DNA of 64,000 nucleotides. Source: Candidatus Latescibacterota bacterium. GTDB lineage: Bacteria > Latescibacterota > UBA2968 > UBA8231. Location of the stretch: positions 1-64,000 of the forward strand of contig CBDCXV010000001.1 of the NCBI GenBank assembly GCA_965223905.1. The letters run 5' to 3'. Positions 30,451-40,915 of this stretch are shown in pieces. The notes under the pieces were generated by a model that worked only from the letters and a program-made list of their open reading frames with translations, made no database searches and was not told the origin of the DNA. The number at the start of each line of letters is the position of its first letter. Position 1 is the first letter of the stretch. A program made the translations under genes and the position numbers.

Positions 30451-32217
30451 ATGTTCAGGCTTGCCAGTCTGAAGGCTGCGAAGTCCCTGAGCGACGTGGC
30501 GAAGCTGTTGGATTATCGGCCGAAGACTGTTTCGTACATCTTGTACAAGCAGCCCGTGGCCAGTAGGTACGCGACCTTCCAGATTCCCAAACGGAACGGT
30601 GGGTGTCGAACGATCAAGGCACCCGTCAAGACGTTGAAGGTTCTGCAACGAAAGCTGTCCGACCTCTTGCAGGATTGCGTCGACGAAATCAAGATCGACA
30701 AGAAGCGTAAGGACCGGACGGCCCACGGATTCAAGCGCGAGCGGTCGATCATCACCAACGCCCGACAGCACCGCCACCGCCGGTGGGTCTTCAACCTCGA
30801 CCTGGAGGATTTTTTCCCATCGATCAACTTCGGCAGGGTCCGCGGATTTTTGATCAAGAACCGAGACTTCGAGCTACACCCGGACGTTGCGACGGTGATT
30901 GCGCAGATTGCGTGTCACCAGAATTCACTGCCGCAGGGAAGCCCCTGCTCACCGGTCATCTCCAATCTCATCGCCCATTTGCTCGACATGCGCCTGGTGA
31001 AGCTCGCATCGGAGGCCGGTTGCACGTATTCCCGATACGCGGACGACCTCACATTCTCGACCAACAAGAAGGAGTTTCCAGTGGACATCGCTGTGCTGTC
31101 GCACACCGAGGGCGCTACCTCGCATTTGTGGCTGCCCAGCGAGGCACTGCGGAAGGTCATCGAGCGCACCGGCTTTCGCGTCAACGATAAGAAGACGCAC
31201 ATGATGTATCGAACTTCGCGCATGGATGTGACCGGGCTCGTCGTTAACGAAAAGATCAACGTGCGATGGGAGTACCGCCACAACGTTCGGGCGATGGTGC
31301 ATCGCCTCGTTAGAACGGGCGAGTTCGAGATTCTCGGCGCGACACAGGAAAATGGCCGGGAGGTCCTGGAGAAGCGGCGCGGCACCCTGAACGAGCTTCA
31401 CGGCATGCTGGGCTTTATAGACAGCATTGACGTCTATAACAGGACCCACACGTCGGATTACCCTTCCGATGAGATGTCATCGAAGGAAAAGGTCTACCGA
31501 GAGTTCTTGACCTACAGCAATTTCTATGCGACTCAAGTTCCCGTAGTCGTCTGCGAAGGAGAGACTGACAACGTCTATCTCACGCACGCCATCCGGAGCT
31601 TGGCCGCGGAGTTCCCTGATCTGGCAAAGATGATGCCGGGTAATAAAATTCGCCTGAAGGTGAGGCTCTACAAATATCCCAAAACAAGCACTGCACGACT
31701 CTTGGGCCTGAAGAGTGGGGGCACCAGCGTGCTAAAAAAATTCATGGAAGTCTACCGGAAAGAGACCGGACACTTCGCCGGACCCGGACCAACGAACCCG
31801 GTTATCATCTTGTATGACAACGACGAGGGTGCCAAGCCCATCAAAAGCTTCATAAAGCAGGTCCGGAAGGTGGACCCAGCTAATAAGCCTTTTGTTCATG
31901 TGACCAAGAACATGTACGCCGTGCCTACACCCGGTGACCCCTCAAAAATTGAGGACTTCTTTGATGCCACCATCAAGGCAACTCGAGTCGATGGAAAAAC
32001 GTTCAAAGCCATGAACGACTTCAAGGACGACCAGTATTACGGCAAAAAGGTTTTCGCCCATAAAGTCGTCAGGCCAAAGGCAGCCACGATCGACTTTTCG
32101 GGCTTCCGCCCGCTCCTGACCAACCTCGTCGCGACCATCAACAAGCATAGGATGTCGATCAGTCCGGAACCGTCGAACCCTGAACCCGACCGCCCCCATT
32201 TCTCAAGTGCGCCGTGA
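30451..32217 (+). CDS. Retron Ec67-type reverse transcriptase fused to a TOPRIM (OLD-like) nuclease domain
   Basis: IPKRNGGCRTIKAP, NARQH, LDLEDFFPSI, LPQGSPCSP, YSRYADD and the retron VTGLVVN motif. TOPRIM motifs CEGETD and YDND. Confidence 0.93.
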   Translation: MFRLASLKAAKSLSDVAKLLDYRPKTVSYILYKQPVASRYATFQIPKRNGGCRTIKAPVKTLKVLQRKLSDLLQDCVDEIKIDKKRKDRTAHGFKRERSIITNARQHRHRRWVFNLDLEDFFPSINFGRVRGFLIKNRDFELHPDVATVIAQIACHQNSLPQGSPCSPVISNLIAHLLDMRLVKLASEAGCTYSRYADDLTFSTNKKEFPVDIAVLSHTEGATSHLWLPSEALRKVIERTGFRVNDKKTHMMYRTSRMDVTGLVVNEKINVRWEYRHNVRAMVHRLVRTGEFEILGATQENGREVLEKRRGTLNELHGMLGFIDSIDVYNRTHTSDYPSDEMSSKEKVYREFLTYSNFYATQVPVVVCEGETDNVYLTHAIRSLAAEFPDLAKMMPGNKIRLKVRLYKYPKTSTARLLGLKSGGTSVLKKFMEVYRKETGHFAGPGPTNPVIILYDNDEGAKPIKSFIKQVRKVDPANKPFVHVTKNMYAVPTPGDPSKIEDFFDATIKATRVDGKTFKAMNDFKDDQYYGKKVFAHKVVRPKAATIDFSGFRPLLTNLVATINKHRMSISPEPSNPEPDRPHFSSAP

Positions 32218-32793
32218 GAAGGCGCGCCAATCTTTAGTGGGTGGGAAACATACCCAACAACTGCGGCTCCCGCAGATGAGCAATCGGAGCGGTGATGAGG
32301 GTAACGAAATCACCGGAGCCTCTGGTGTAGTAGTGGGTTGCCAATGGCGATTCGGCGAACATGCAGGCCGTACGGTGAAGTGAAAGCTGAGCAGCAGGCT
32401 TCGAAAGGGGCAACTCGGTAGCTGATCTTGGTGAGATTCAGGCGTCTACGGCCAACCAAAACAGCCATTAAAGTTCCCGATTTGCCCTCATCGGCTGGAG
32501 CAGCCCCCCTTTTGGCGCGGGTGTTCCGGCCAAGCTCAGCCCCTGACCGGCCTATGGCGATTCGCCATCGAATCGTGCCCGCCCTAACCGATCCCGCTCG
32601 ACCGGTACTACCTGGGTGGGTAGGGCTGCCGGTTGTGTCCCCGCGGAGGGCCCCTCCTCACCCGCAGTACCAGTTTCCGGCCTGACTCCTCCGCGATTGG
32701 CCCCTTGCGTATGTTCTCAGCGGTCTGCATAGTAACAACATTGGTGCTATATTTTTCCAATGCATTTCAGTTCGGCTTCTCTAGGAATCCTGC

Positions 32794-33657
32794 ATGAACC
32801 AAGAAAAATACGACGTTTTCATTAGCCACGCCTCGGAAGACAAGGAGGCAATTGCAAGACCTCTCGCCGAATTTTTGCAACGATTTTCCCTGCATGTATG
32901 GTACGACGAAGACACGATCAGGATTGGCGACAGCCTATCTGAATCCATCGATAGGGGCCTCGCCGGATCTCGTTTTGGTGTAGTTATACTTAGCAAGAGG
33001 TTCTTTAATAAAACTTGGGCACGTCATGAGTTAAAGGGACTGGTAACTCAAGATAACGCTATAGGAAATGTGATTCTGCCGATTTGGCATGGTATCAACG
33101 TAGATGCTGTTCGCGAGATCAGTCCAACTCTCGCTGATCGATACGCATTATCTACTGACCGAGAAAGGATTGAGGTAATCGGTCTAAAGGTAATTCAGGT
33201 CGTTCGCCCAGATATCTTCGAAAACATCCAGCGCTGGGCTCTTTGGAACAAGAAAGTTCAGCAAGCGAAGCCGGCTCTGATAATGCTCAGAGAGCTTAAA
33301 CCGAGTTCTCGACGTTATGAAGGGCTCCCAAATGAGTTGCTTGTTCGAGTCCGCTTGATACACCAGACTCTTCGTGATGTTGTAGAACAGACTTTGGATG
33401 AAATGGTGGATCTCTTTTGCCGTGACCTACATCCGCAGAAAGAAATTGAGGTTTGGGAACGCATTGCTGTCGCCTATCGGGAAGTCCAGGACGAGTTTTC
33501 TCTCTCGTCGGAGAAAAAACGCACACTTTTCAAGACCCTACTCGGATTGTCCATGGGGAATCAGGTGAATATCGAAAAGGCTATTGACGATAATTTGGAA
33601 CTCAATAACGTGATATTGGAAATCTGGTTGAAGCTAATCCCTAAGTCTTCAATGTAA
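32794..33657 (+). CDS. TIR-domain protein with unknown helical C-terminal domain
   Basis: YDVFISHASEDK, VWYDE...GDSL...ID.GL..SRFGVVILS..FF.K.W...EL and ILPIWH. AT-rich. Confidence 0.9.
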   Translation: MNQEKYDVFISHASEDKEAIARPLAEFLQRFSLHVWYDEDTIRIGDSLSESIDRGLAGSRFGVVILSKRFFNKTWARHELKGLVTQDNAIGNVILPIWHGINVDAVREISPTLADRYALSTDRERIEVIGLKVIQVVRPDIFENIQRWALWNKKVQQAKPALIMLRELKPSSRRYEGLPNELLVRVRLIHQTLRDVVEQTLDEMVDLFCRDLHPQKEIEVWERIAVAYREVQDEFSLSSEKKRTLFKTLLGLSMGNQVNIEKAIDDNLELNNVILEIWLKLIPKSSM

Positions 33658-33793
33658 GACTCCTGACCTTTCGTTTCGGTAAGAATTGTCTTTGGCTTCA
33701 CCGCATCTTTGAAAAGGCTTGGGCTTTTGCTTTGGCAACAAAAAACAATAGTCCCAAAAACGCCGAGCCGGGATCTCCCCGGTCCCCAGGCAA

Positions 33794-35434
33794 CTACCCT
33801 GATCTGCTCAAGGCCGCCTCGAAGAGGGCCCTCGGCCCCGGTTCCATTATCTGGGGCGGCAGCGCCGCCGGCACCTCGATCAGCGCCGGGGCCCCCGCCT
33901 CCAGGGCTTCGGCCAGGGCCGGCCCCAGGCGCCCGACCTCTGCGACACGCCTTGCCTCGACCCCGAACGCCCGGGCGAGGGCGACGAAATCCGGGTTGCC
34001 CACGTCGACGGCGTGCCTGCGGCCGAAGCGATGGACCTGCTGGGGCCTCAGGGCGCCGAAGCCGTTGTCGTTGAACAGCAGGACGACGACCGGAATGCCC
34101 GCCTCCGCGACGACCGCCAGCTCCTGACAGTTGAACAGGAACCCTGCGTCCCCCGAGAGGCAGACGACCGGGCGCTCCGGGCAGGCCAGCTTCGCCCCGA
34201 TCGCCGCTGGCAGGCCGAAGCCGAGAGTGCAGAACCCCCAGGGATAGATGTTGCAGCGCGGCTCGTACAGCTCGAGCAGGCGACGGCACCAGTAAGCCGC
34301 CACCGTGAGGTCGCTGACCAGGACGGCGCCGCGCGGCAGCCCTTCCTGCAGGGCGGCCACGAGCTCGACCCCTTCCGGGGCCAGCTCGCGGCAGTCGTCG
34401 ACGATCCCTTTCCTGAGGGCCGCGACTTCGGCGGTCCGGGAGCGGGGCTCGAGGCCGGCGAGCCGGTCGACCAGGGCGCGCAGCGATTCGCGGGCGTCCC
34501 CGACCAAGGCTGCGGAGGCCGGGTAGTTGCGGCCGATCTCACCAGCGTCGACATCGAGGTGAATCAGCGTTTCCGGGAGGCGCAATCTCCAGCCGGAGAT
34601 TTCCTCTTCGGTGAAGCGGGTGCCGACGGCGAGCACGACGTCCCGCCGCGCCAGAAACTCCTGCGCCAGCGGGTGCAGGATGGCGGTGCCGGCGGCCAGC
34701 GGGTGGTCTTCCGGGAACGCTCCCTTTCCCAGCACCGTGGTGAACACCGGGGCCTGCAAGGTTTCCGCCAGCTGCCGCAGCTCGGCGCTCGCGCCGCTGG
34801 CGATCACCCCGCCGCCGGCCCAGATGACCGGAGATTCCGCCTCCCGCAGGGCGGCCGCGGCCTCCTCGACGGCCGCATCCCCCGGCTGCAGCCGCTCGAC
34901 CTGGATAGGCCCGCCGATCTCCGCCTCCCCGGAGGCATCGAGGACGTCGCAGGGGATCTCGAGCGCCGCCGGACGCGGGCGGCCGCTGCTCATGCTGGCG
35001 AAGGCCTCGCGCAGCAGCCCCGGGATGGCGGCGACCGAATCGGCGCGCCCGCACCAGCCGGTGACCGGGCGGAAGCAGGCGAGCTGGTCGCTGCACTCGT
35101 GCAGGTAGCCCTTCTCCTTGCCGATGCCGGCGGCCGGGATCTGGCTGGCGATGCAGAGCACAGGCGAGGAATCGCTGTAGGCTGTTCCCAGAGAGGTGAT
35201 CGTGTTGAGAGCCGCCGGCCCGGAGGTGACGACGCAGACGCCGGGGCGGCCGCAGGCGCGGGCGTAGCCGTCGGCCATGAAGGCCGCCCCCTGCTCGTGG
35301 CGCGCCAGGACGTGGCGTATCGGCGCCTCGATCAGGGCGTCGTAGAGGGAGAGGTTGTGCGCCCCGGGGAGGCCGAAGACGGTGTCGACGCCGTGCGCCG
35401 CGAGGGCGGCGGCGACCGCCTCCCCCCCGGTCAT
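33794..35434 (-). CDS. Thiamine pyrophosphate-binding protein (acetolactate synthase-like)
   Basis: VFGLPG, RHEQGAAFMADGYAR and GDAGF...NDNGFG. Start MTGGE overlaps the upstream stop. Confidence 0.9.
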   Translation of the reverse strand: MTGGEAVAAALAAHGVDTVFGLPGAHNLSLYDALIEAPIRHVLARHEQGAAFMADGYARACGRPGVCVVTSGPAALNTITSLGTAYSDSSPVLCIASQIPAAGIGKEKGYLHECSDQLACFRPVTGWCGRADSVAAIPGLLREAFASMSSGRPRPAALEIPCDVLDASGEAEIGGPIQVERLQPGDAAVEEAAAALREAESPVIWAGGGVIASGASAELRQLAETLQAPVFTTVLGKGAFPEDHPLAAGTAILHPLAQEFLARRDVVLAVGTRFTEEEISGWRLRLPETLIHLDVDAGEIGRNYPASAALVGDARESLRALVDRLAGLEPRSRTAEVAALRKGIVDDCRELAPEGVELVAALQEGLPRGAVLVSDLTVAAYWCRRLLELYEPRCNIYPWGFCTLGFGLPAAIGAKLACPERPVVCLSGDAGFLFNCQELAVVAEAGIPVVVLLFNDNGFGALRPQQVHRFGRRHAVDVGNPDFVALARAFGVEARRVAEVGRLGPALAEALEAGAPALIEVPAALPPQIMEPGPRALFEAALSRSG

Positions 35435-36702
35435 GCGCGGCTGCGTCCGTTGGGCAGGGTGTTGAACAGCAGCTTGAGGTAGAACAGCGGGCTGGTGAGC
35501 TCTTCCTTCGGCGCCGCGTTGGCGATCATGGCGCAGATCATGTCGCGGACCCTCTCGCTCCGGGCCGCCTTGCCGATGACGAAATTCAGCAACGGCCGCC
35601 AGCGCCCGAGGTTCTGCATGCGCGTGCTCGTCTTCAGCTCGTCGCCGAGGGAGTCCCACAGGCGATCCTCGTAGCGCTTGAGGAAGGCCTCGCTGAAGTC
35701 GCCGGCCCGCTTCGCCTCGACCGCGGTCTCGATTGCGAACTTCGCCGAGTAGAGGGCGTTGCCGATCCCCTCGCCGGTGAACGGGTCGATCAGTCCGGCG
35801 GCGTCGCCGAGCAGCAGGACGCCGTCCTTGTGCGCCTTCCGCCTGGTGCTGCCGATCGGCAGGTTCCAGCCCACCGGCTTCTCGAGCGGGCGCGCCGCGG
35901 CGAAACGCTCGGCGAAGGGGGGCCGGGAGATCACCTGCTCCAGGGCCTTCCGCAGGTCGACCTTCCTCTCCTTCATCGACTCCTGCAACATGCCGATGCC
36001 GATGTTGGCGTAGCCGTTCTCCAGGGGAAAGGCCCAGAAGTAGCCGGGGATGACCTCGTCGACGAAGTGGAGCTCGATCTGGCTGCCGAGGCCCTCGACG
36101 TTCTCGTAGTACTGCCGGATCGCCACCACCCAGTGGCGGCTGTCGTGGGAATAGAGGTCGGACTGACGGGCGACGATGGAACTGAAGCCGTCGCACCCGA
36201 GCACGAGGTCGGCGCCGATCTCGACCATGGATCCGTCCTCGAGCCTGCCGGTGACCCCGGTCACCGCGCCGCCGCGCCGCGACAGCCGCGTGACCTGGAA
36301 TCCCTCGCGGCACTCGTCGGCGGCCGCCTTCGCCTCCTGGAACAGGAAGTTGTCGAAGATCTCCCGCCTGATCACCGAGCCTTCCATCCTGATGTCGCGC
36401 CCGGTCGCGGTGTCGTGCAGGGGGCGCGTCGAGAGGTCGATACTGGCGTTTTCGTGCCGGGGGCTGCCGAAGATGGCCCTGTCGATGCGGGAACCCGGAA
36501 GCTCCCTGACCTTGTCGAGCAGTCCCAGGTCGAGCAGGACGGCCAGCGATTTTCCCGAGAGGGCGTCGCCGCAGACCTTGTCGCGGGGGAAACGGGCGCG
36601 GTCCAGAAGGGCGACCGACAGGCCGTGTTTCCTGGCGTACAGCGCCGCCGTGGCACCGGCGGGTCCGCCGCCGACTACGACGAGGTCCAGGGTAGTTTTC
36701 AA
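35431..36702 (-). CDS. Geranylgeranyl reductase-family FAD-dependent oxidoreductase
   Basis: GGGPAG, FPRDKVCGD, GYFWAFP and GDAAGLIDPFTGEGI. Confidence 0.9.
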   Translation of the reverse strand: MKTTLDLVVVGGGPAGATAALYARKHGLSVALLDRARFPRDKVCGDALSGKSLAVLLDLGLLDKVRELPGSRIDRAIFGSPRHENASIDLSTRPLHDTATGRDIRMEGSVIRREIFDNFLFQEAKAAADECREGFQVTRLSRRGGAVTGVTGRLEDGSMVEIGADLVLGCDGFSSIVARQSDLYSHDSRHWVVAIRQYYENVEGLGSQIELHFVDEVIPGYFWAFPLENGYANIGIGMLQESMKERKVDLRKALEQVISRPPFAERFAAARPLEKPVGWNLPIGSTRRKAHKDGVLLLGDAAGLIDPFTGEGIGNALYSAKFAIETAVEAKRAGDFSEAFLKRYEDRLWDSLGDELKTSTRMQNLGRWRPLLNFVIGKAARSERVRDMICAMIANAAPKEELTSPLFYLKLLFNTLPNGRSRA

Positions 36703-36895
36703 GCAGGATTTCCGGGTGGTTTCTGCGTGGGGACCGGAACTTACCGGGCCGCTCCGGGACGGTCAAGCCGGCCGGGGCAGGCTGCATGCCGAGGGGCCGG
36801 GGCTGTCTCACCCGGGGTGATGATGGGGTTCCTGTACCGGTTTTCCGGCGCCGGTTTTTTCGACCCCTGCCACGGTTCTTCAGGGCCGCGCGGAT

Positions 36896-37579
36896 CTATC
36901 TGCACAGAACGCCGATCTCCCGGGTGGTCGCGTCGCAGTACCACAGCTCGCCGTCGCGGGCCGTCATCCCGTGCACCTCGTCCGGCTCGTTGACGCGGAA
37001 CACGTCGCAGATCCTGCCGCCCCGATCGAGGTCCATCAGGATCACCGTCCCGGCGGAAGTATCGGACACCCATAGCATGCCCGACTCGTCCCAGGCGATG
37101 CCGTGGACCCGGAGCCCCCCGGTGGGAAACTGCTCGACCTCCTCCCAGGTCTCCGTGTCGATGACGTGCAGCCGCTGCGTCGGCGGGGCCGCGGCGTAGA
37201 TCCTGCCGTCCCGCCACTCCAGCCCGTGAGAGCTCGACTCGCGGGGGTTCTCCGCACGCTCGGCCGCGGCCCCCAGGCCCCTCCCGGGGTCGGGGTGGCG
37301 GGCCAGGGTCTCTCCGGTGAGGGAATCGATCTTGACGATCTCCAAACCATAGGTCGAGCTGATCCATAGGGCGCCGTCGTCCCCCATGGTTATGCCGCTC
37401 GAGTGCTCGGTCGCCGTGTCGATCTCGTGCACCAAGGCGCCGCTGTCCCAGTCGACCTTCTGCGCCTTGAGCGATACCTGGTCGATGATCCACAACCCGT
37501 CTGCGGCGGCATGCAGCCCGTTCGGCTGCGGGCCCGGGCTGAGGAACCGCTTTTCAACTTTTGCGGAGTACGTTCCCAA
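36896..37579 (-). CDS. Beta-propeller protein (glutaminyl cyclase/Vgb-like)
   Basis: Repeated SPGPQPNGL, SGIT..GALW, HGLEW..G, HGIAW and HGMT..DGELW blades. Confidence 0.6.
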   Translation of the reverse strand: MGTYSAKVEKRFLSPGPQPNGLHAAADGLWIIDQVSLKAQKVDWDSGALVHEIDTATEHSSGITMGDDGALWISSTYGLEIVKIDSLTGETLARHPDPGRGLGAAAERAENPRESSSHGLEWRDGRIYAAAPPTQRLHVIDTETWEEVEQFPTGGLRVHGIAWDESGMLWVSDTSAGTVILMDLDRGGRICDVFRVNEPDEVHGMTARDGELWYCDATTREIGVLCR

Positions 37580-37744
37580 TTGTGTCCCTTTCGATTGTTT
37601 CCGATACGCTCCCGGATTTCTGCCTCTCACCCGGGAATCGCACGTCCTCCCGAGCGAGCATCGGCTCCTGGAGCCGCACAATGGCTGCAGGTGGCCGAAC
37701 GGCCCGTTTCACGAAAATCATGCCCCCGCTACGGGACGGGTCCC

Positions 37745-38593
37745 CTATCGCTGCGGCTTCGGAAGCAGCTCCTGCCTCCACTCGTCGATGATGTCCCCGC
37801 CCGCCGAAACCGCCTCCCCGGAAATCGTCGAATCCTCGAGGGCGAAACGCACGTAGCTCTGCCGCTCGTCGAAGGCGATCCTGTACTCACCCGGCTTCTC
37901 GTCCATGTCGTAGAAAAAGATATCGGACGCGCTCGTCATAACCTGCGTCAACGTCCTGTGGCGGGCCCGCTCGTAGGCGTGGAGGTGACCGCACAGGTAC
38001 AGGTCGACGCCCCCATCGAGCAGAATAGGGAGCAGCAGGCCGGGGTCCCCCGGTTCTTCGTCGCGCAGCACCGAGTGTTCGAGCAGCCAGGGGGGCACCA
38101 GAATCGGATAGTGCCCTGCCACTACCGTGCAGCGCGCCCGCCGCGCCGCCCGCAGATCACGCCGCAGCCATCGCGCCTGCGTGCGGTCGGCAAAACCGCC
38201 GCGGTGCCTGCCGTCGAGGACATCGAGGATGGCGATATGAACGCCGCCAATCGTTCCGGCATGCCAGGTCCGCCGACCCTGGCGCCCGACCTGGCGCAGG
38301 TACTCCTCCGATGAAGGGTTGGATCCGGTCTGGTCGTGGTTGCCGACGGTCGATATCACCGGGCACAAACCCTGCAGGGGCTTCGTGACGCGGTGGTAGG
38401 CCGCCCACATGAGGGCGACTCTTTCGGCTTCCTCCGGTTCGTCGTTCACGGCGCCGGCGACGTGGTCGCCGCCGTCGATGACGAAGTCGGGCTTTTCAGC
38501 GGCGACCCGCTCGATCAACAGTCGCCGGCGCTCCTCGTGCTCGCGGTCGTCGGGTTTCAGCTGCAGGTCGCTGACGAAGATCCAGCGCGTCAT
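37745..38593 (-). CDS. Calcineurin-like metallophosphoesterase
   Basis: SDLQ, GGD, GNHD and GHLHAYER. Confidence 0.85.
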   Translation of the reverse strand: MTRWIFVSDLQLKPDDREHEERRRLLIERVAAEKPDFVIDGGDHVAGAVNDEPEEAERVALMWAAYHRVTKPLQGLCPVISTVGNHDQTGSNPSSEEYLRQVGRQGRRTWHAGTIGGVHIAILDVLDGRHRGGFADRTQARWLRRDLRAARRARCTVVAGHYPILVPPWLLEHSVLRDEEPGDPGLLLPILLDGGVDLYLCGHLHAYERARHRTLTQVMTSASDIFFYDMDEKPGEYRIAFDERQSYVRFALEDSTISGEAVSAGGDIIDEWRQELLPKPQR

Positions 38594-38746
38594 GGGTCTC
38601 CTCGGTTTCGAGAGCTCGGGGCGGTTTCTTCGACTTCGCATGGCACGAAGCCGAAGTCAGTTAAAGAAACCCGAAGCAGTTAATGTGGCGAGCGCGACTG
38701 GAGCTGGAGCCCCTCCGTTGCTTCAGGTAACCCGGGCCGCTTGCCC

Positions 38747-40915
38747 TCAGCAGCGGCGCGTCCACTCGCTCAAGCGTCCCCGGCAGGGCTCGAACCAGAC
38801 CTTGCACTCCTCCAGCGATTCCGCGGCGACCAGCAGGGTGACGAAGGCCTTGGCCCTCCGAGGATCGGTGGTGAACAGCACCCCCCTCGACACCTGGTCC
38901 CCCTCCGCGGTCATCTCGACGGGGTGGCGCCGCCGCATCTCCCGGGCGAAGGCATCGGCATTCTCGAAGCCGGCGGCTTCGATGTCGCGGACCCGCAGCA
39001 TCAGCCAGAGGGCGGTGCCGGCGGCATGGACCCGCCTGGCCAGCTGCAGGGCGACCCTGCCCATCGTCATGCGCGGGTTCACCTCGATCACAGGTTTCAG
39101 CCGCAGCCGGCCGCGGTCCCGGTAGACCAGCGCGTCCACCCCGAGGGGCCCGGAGAAACCGGCGGCCGCCAGCCCTGGTTCCATGTGCCCTGCCAGCTCT
39201 TCGTACAGGCGCCGCAGGCGCCGGCTGTCGCGGCCGTCCCCGTACAGGAACCGGCGCACCTGTTCGTCGAGGCCGGCGACCTTGTGGTGCAGGAAGGAGC
39301 CGAGGTACTGTCCGCGGCCATCGGTGACGAACCTCGTGATGCCGAGCAGCCCGGCCTTCCCGTCTGCGCCGACGTCGTACTGGGCCGACAGGTCGGCCAC
39401 TCCTTCCAGCAGCGGTTCGACAACCACGGCCCCCTGCTCCGCCAACAGCCGCTCCACCCGACGCCGTTTCGCGCCCCCCAGGCCGCCCTCCGCTTCTCCG
39501 GGCTCGGCCGCGGTTTCGAGCCGGACCTGGCCGCGGCCGGCAGCGCCGAAAGGGGCTTTGATCACGGCACGGCTCCAACCCCGATCCCGCAGGTGGGCGA
39601 GCGCCTGCAGGACTTCCTCCGCGGACTCGCACCCCTGCCCGGCAACGTCGGAGCCGCACAGCCAGTCCTCCCGCCGATCCTCGAGGAATCCGGCGAGCAA
39701 GGCGGCGCTCCACTCCTTTGAGTACAGCCGGCGCAGGGCGCTGCTCCACTCCGGAGCCTGCCCGGGACCGGCGACGCTGCCTCTCAACGGAGCCAGCAGC
39801 TGCTCGCTGTCGGGAGCGACCCCCCAGGGACGCAGGGCCTGGAGCTTGCGCTCCGCAAGCGGGTGGCCGTCGAGCCCGGCAGTACCGTCGAACAGGGCGA
39901 ACTCCGGAATCTCCAGGCCCGCGGCCTGCAGCTCCGACAGGTGCTCCCGCCGCGGCCGGCGACCTACGAGAACGACGTCGCCGGCGGCGCAGGCCAGGGC
40001 CGGTACCGTCTCCAGGTCTTCGGCCACCTGCGCCATCCACTTCGGCGGCGTCTGCACCGCGTCCAGGCCGGCGCAGCGGTCGCATGCCGGGTTGAACCAG
40101 AACACCGAGGGGCGGCGGCCCCGCGACTGGGAGTGGACCTCCAGCTCTCCGATGAAGGCCTCGGAAAGTCCAGCCTGCCTGCGCCCCTCCGCGTTGAAGC
40201 GGATTCCCTTGGCGCGGCCCGGATCCAGCGGCGGGGCCAGGCTCCGGGTGTACGCCTCCCACTCGCCGAGATCCGGGTCGCGCCAGCTGTTGAACCAGGT
40301 CAGGCCGTGCTTCACGTGGCCGATCTCGTCGCGGTAGATGCGCTGCATCAACTGCGCCGTCTCCGCGTCCCCCAGCTCCCCGTATACCGAGGCGTAGTAC
40401 GGGGCGTAATCGAGGTTGGCCTGCTCCAGGGTGAGGCTGAGGCGGGTGACGAACTCGATCGGCGTCGCCACCGGCGAGATGCAGCGCCAGAAGAAGTCGC
40501 TGACCGGGATCTCCCCGAACTCGACGCCGATGCCGCGCATGCGCTCGATGTAGAGGCGCAGGTGCTCCTGCTCCTCCCCCAGGATGCCGTAGAGGCCGCG
40601 GCGGAACTTCTCCGGGGCGTCGGGGAACTTCAGCAGCGCCAGGGCCATCAGCTCGATGGCGAGGAGCTCGTGGTTGGCGAAGAAGTGCAGGACGAGCCCG
40701 CGCTCCTTTTCGCTGTGGAACCCCCGGACCTCGCGGAAGCGGACGCGCTCGCGATCGTTCCAGCTGCCGAGAACCAGAGACTGGGGGCGGCCCGGTTCAT
40801 TTGGCGCGGCGATGGCGCTCCCCGGGTGGCCGCGGTTGTAGCGGCCCCCGTCGATCAGCTTGTCCTCGAGGGTGGTGCCGAAGAGGATCTGCTCGGCGAA
40901 TTCTTTGATTTCCAT
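38747..40915 (-). CDS. DUF455 ferritin-like di-iron domain fused to an ATP-grasp-like domain
   Basis: N-half: FANHELLAIE, EEQEH, LEQANLD, DEIGHV. C-half: VIKAPFGAAGRG, VVEPL, GPLGVD, IEVNPRMTMG. Confidence 0.8.
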   Translation of the reverse strand: MEIKEFAEQILFGTTLEDKLIDGGRYNRGHPGSAIAAPNEPGRPQSLVLGSWNDRERVRFREVRGFHSEKERGLVLHFFANHELLAIELMALALLKFPDAPEKFRRGLYGILGEEQEHLRLYIERMRGIGVEFGEIPVSDFFWRCISPVATPIEFVTRLSLTLEQANLDYAPYYASVYGELGDAETAQLMQRIYRDEIGHVKHGLTWFNSWRDPDLGEWEAYTRSLAPPLDPGRAKGIRFNAEGRRQAGLSEAFIGELEVHSQSRGRRPSVFWFNPACDRCAGLDAVQTPPKWMAQVAEDLETVPALACAAGDVVLVGRRPRREHLSELQAAGLEIPEFALFDGTAGLDGHPLAERKLQALRPWGVAPDSEQLLAPLRGSVAGPGQAPEWSSALRRLYSKEWSAALLAGFLEDRREDWLCGSDVAGQGCESAEEVLQALAHLRDRGWSRAVIKAPFGAAGRGQVRLETAAEPGEAEGGLGGAKRRRVERLLAEQGAVVVEPLLEGVADLSAQYDVGADGKAGLLGITRFVTDGRGQYLGSFLHHKVAGLDEQVRRFLYGDGRDSRRLRRLYEELAGHMEPGLAAAGFSGPLGVDALVYRDRGRLRLKPVIEVNPRMTMGRVALQLARRVHAAGTALWLMLRVRDIEAAGFENADAFAREMRRRHPVEMTAEGDQVSRGVLFTTDPRRAKAFVTLLVAAESLEECKVWFEPCRGRLSEWTRRC

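Noticed and set aside
30451-32217. RT as a group II intron, DGR or DRT enzyme
   Set aside because: The NAxxH and VTG motifs, the TOPRIM fusion and the upstream a1/a2 repeat all indicate a retron. No TR/VR pair or intron domain V was seen.
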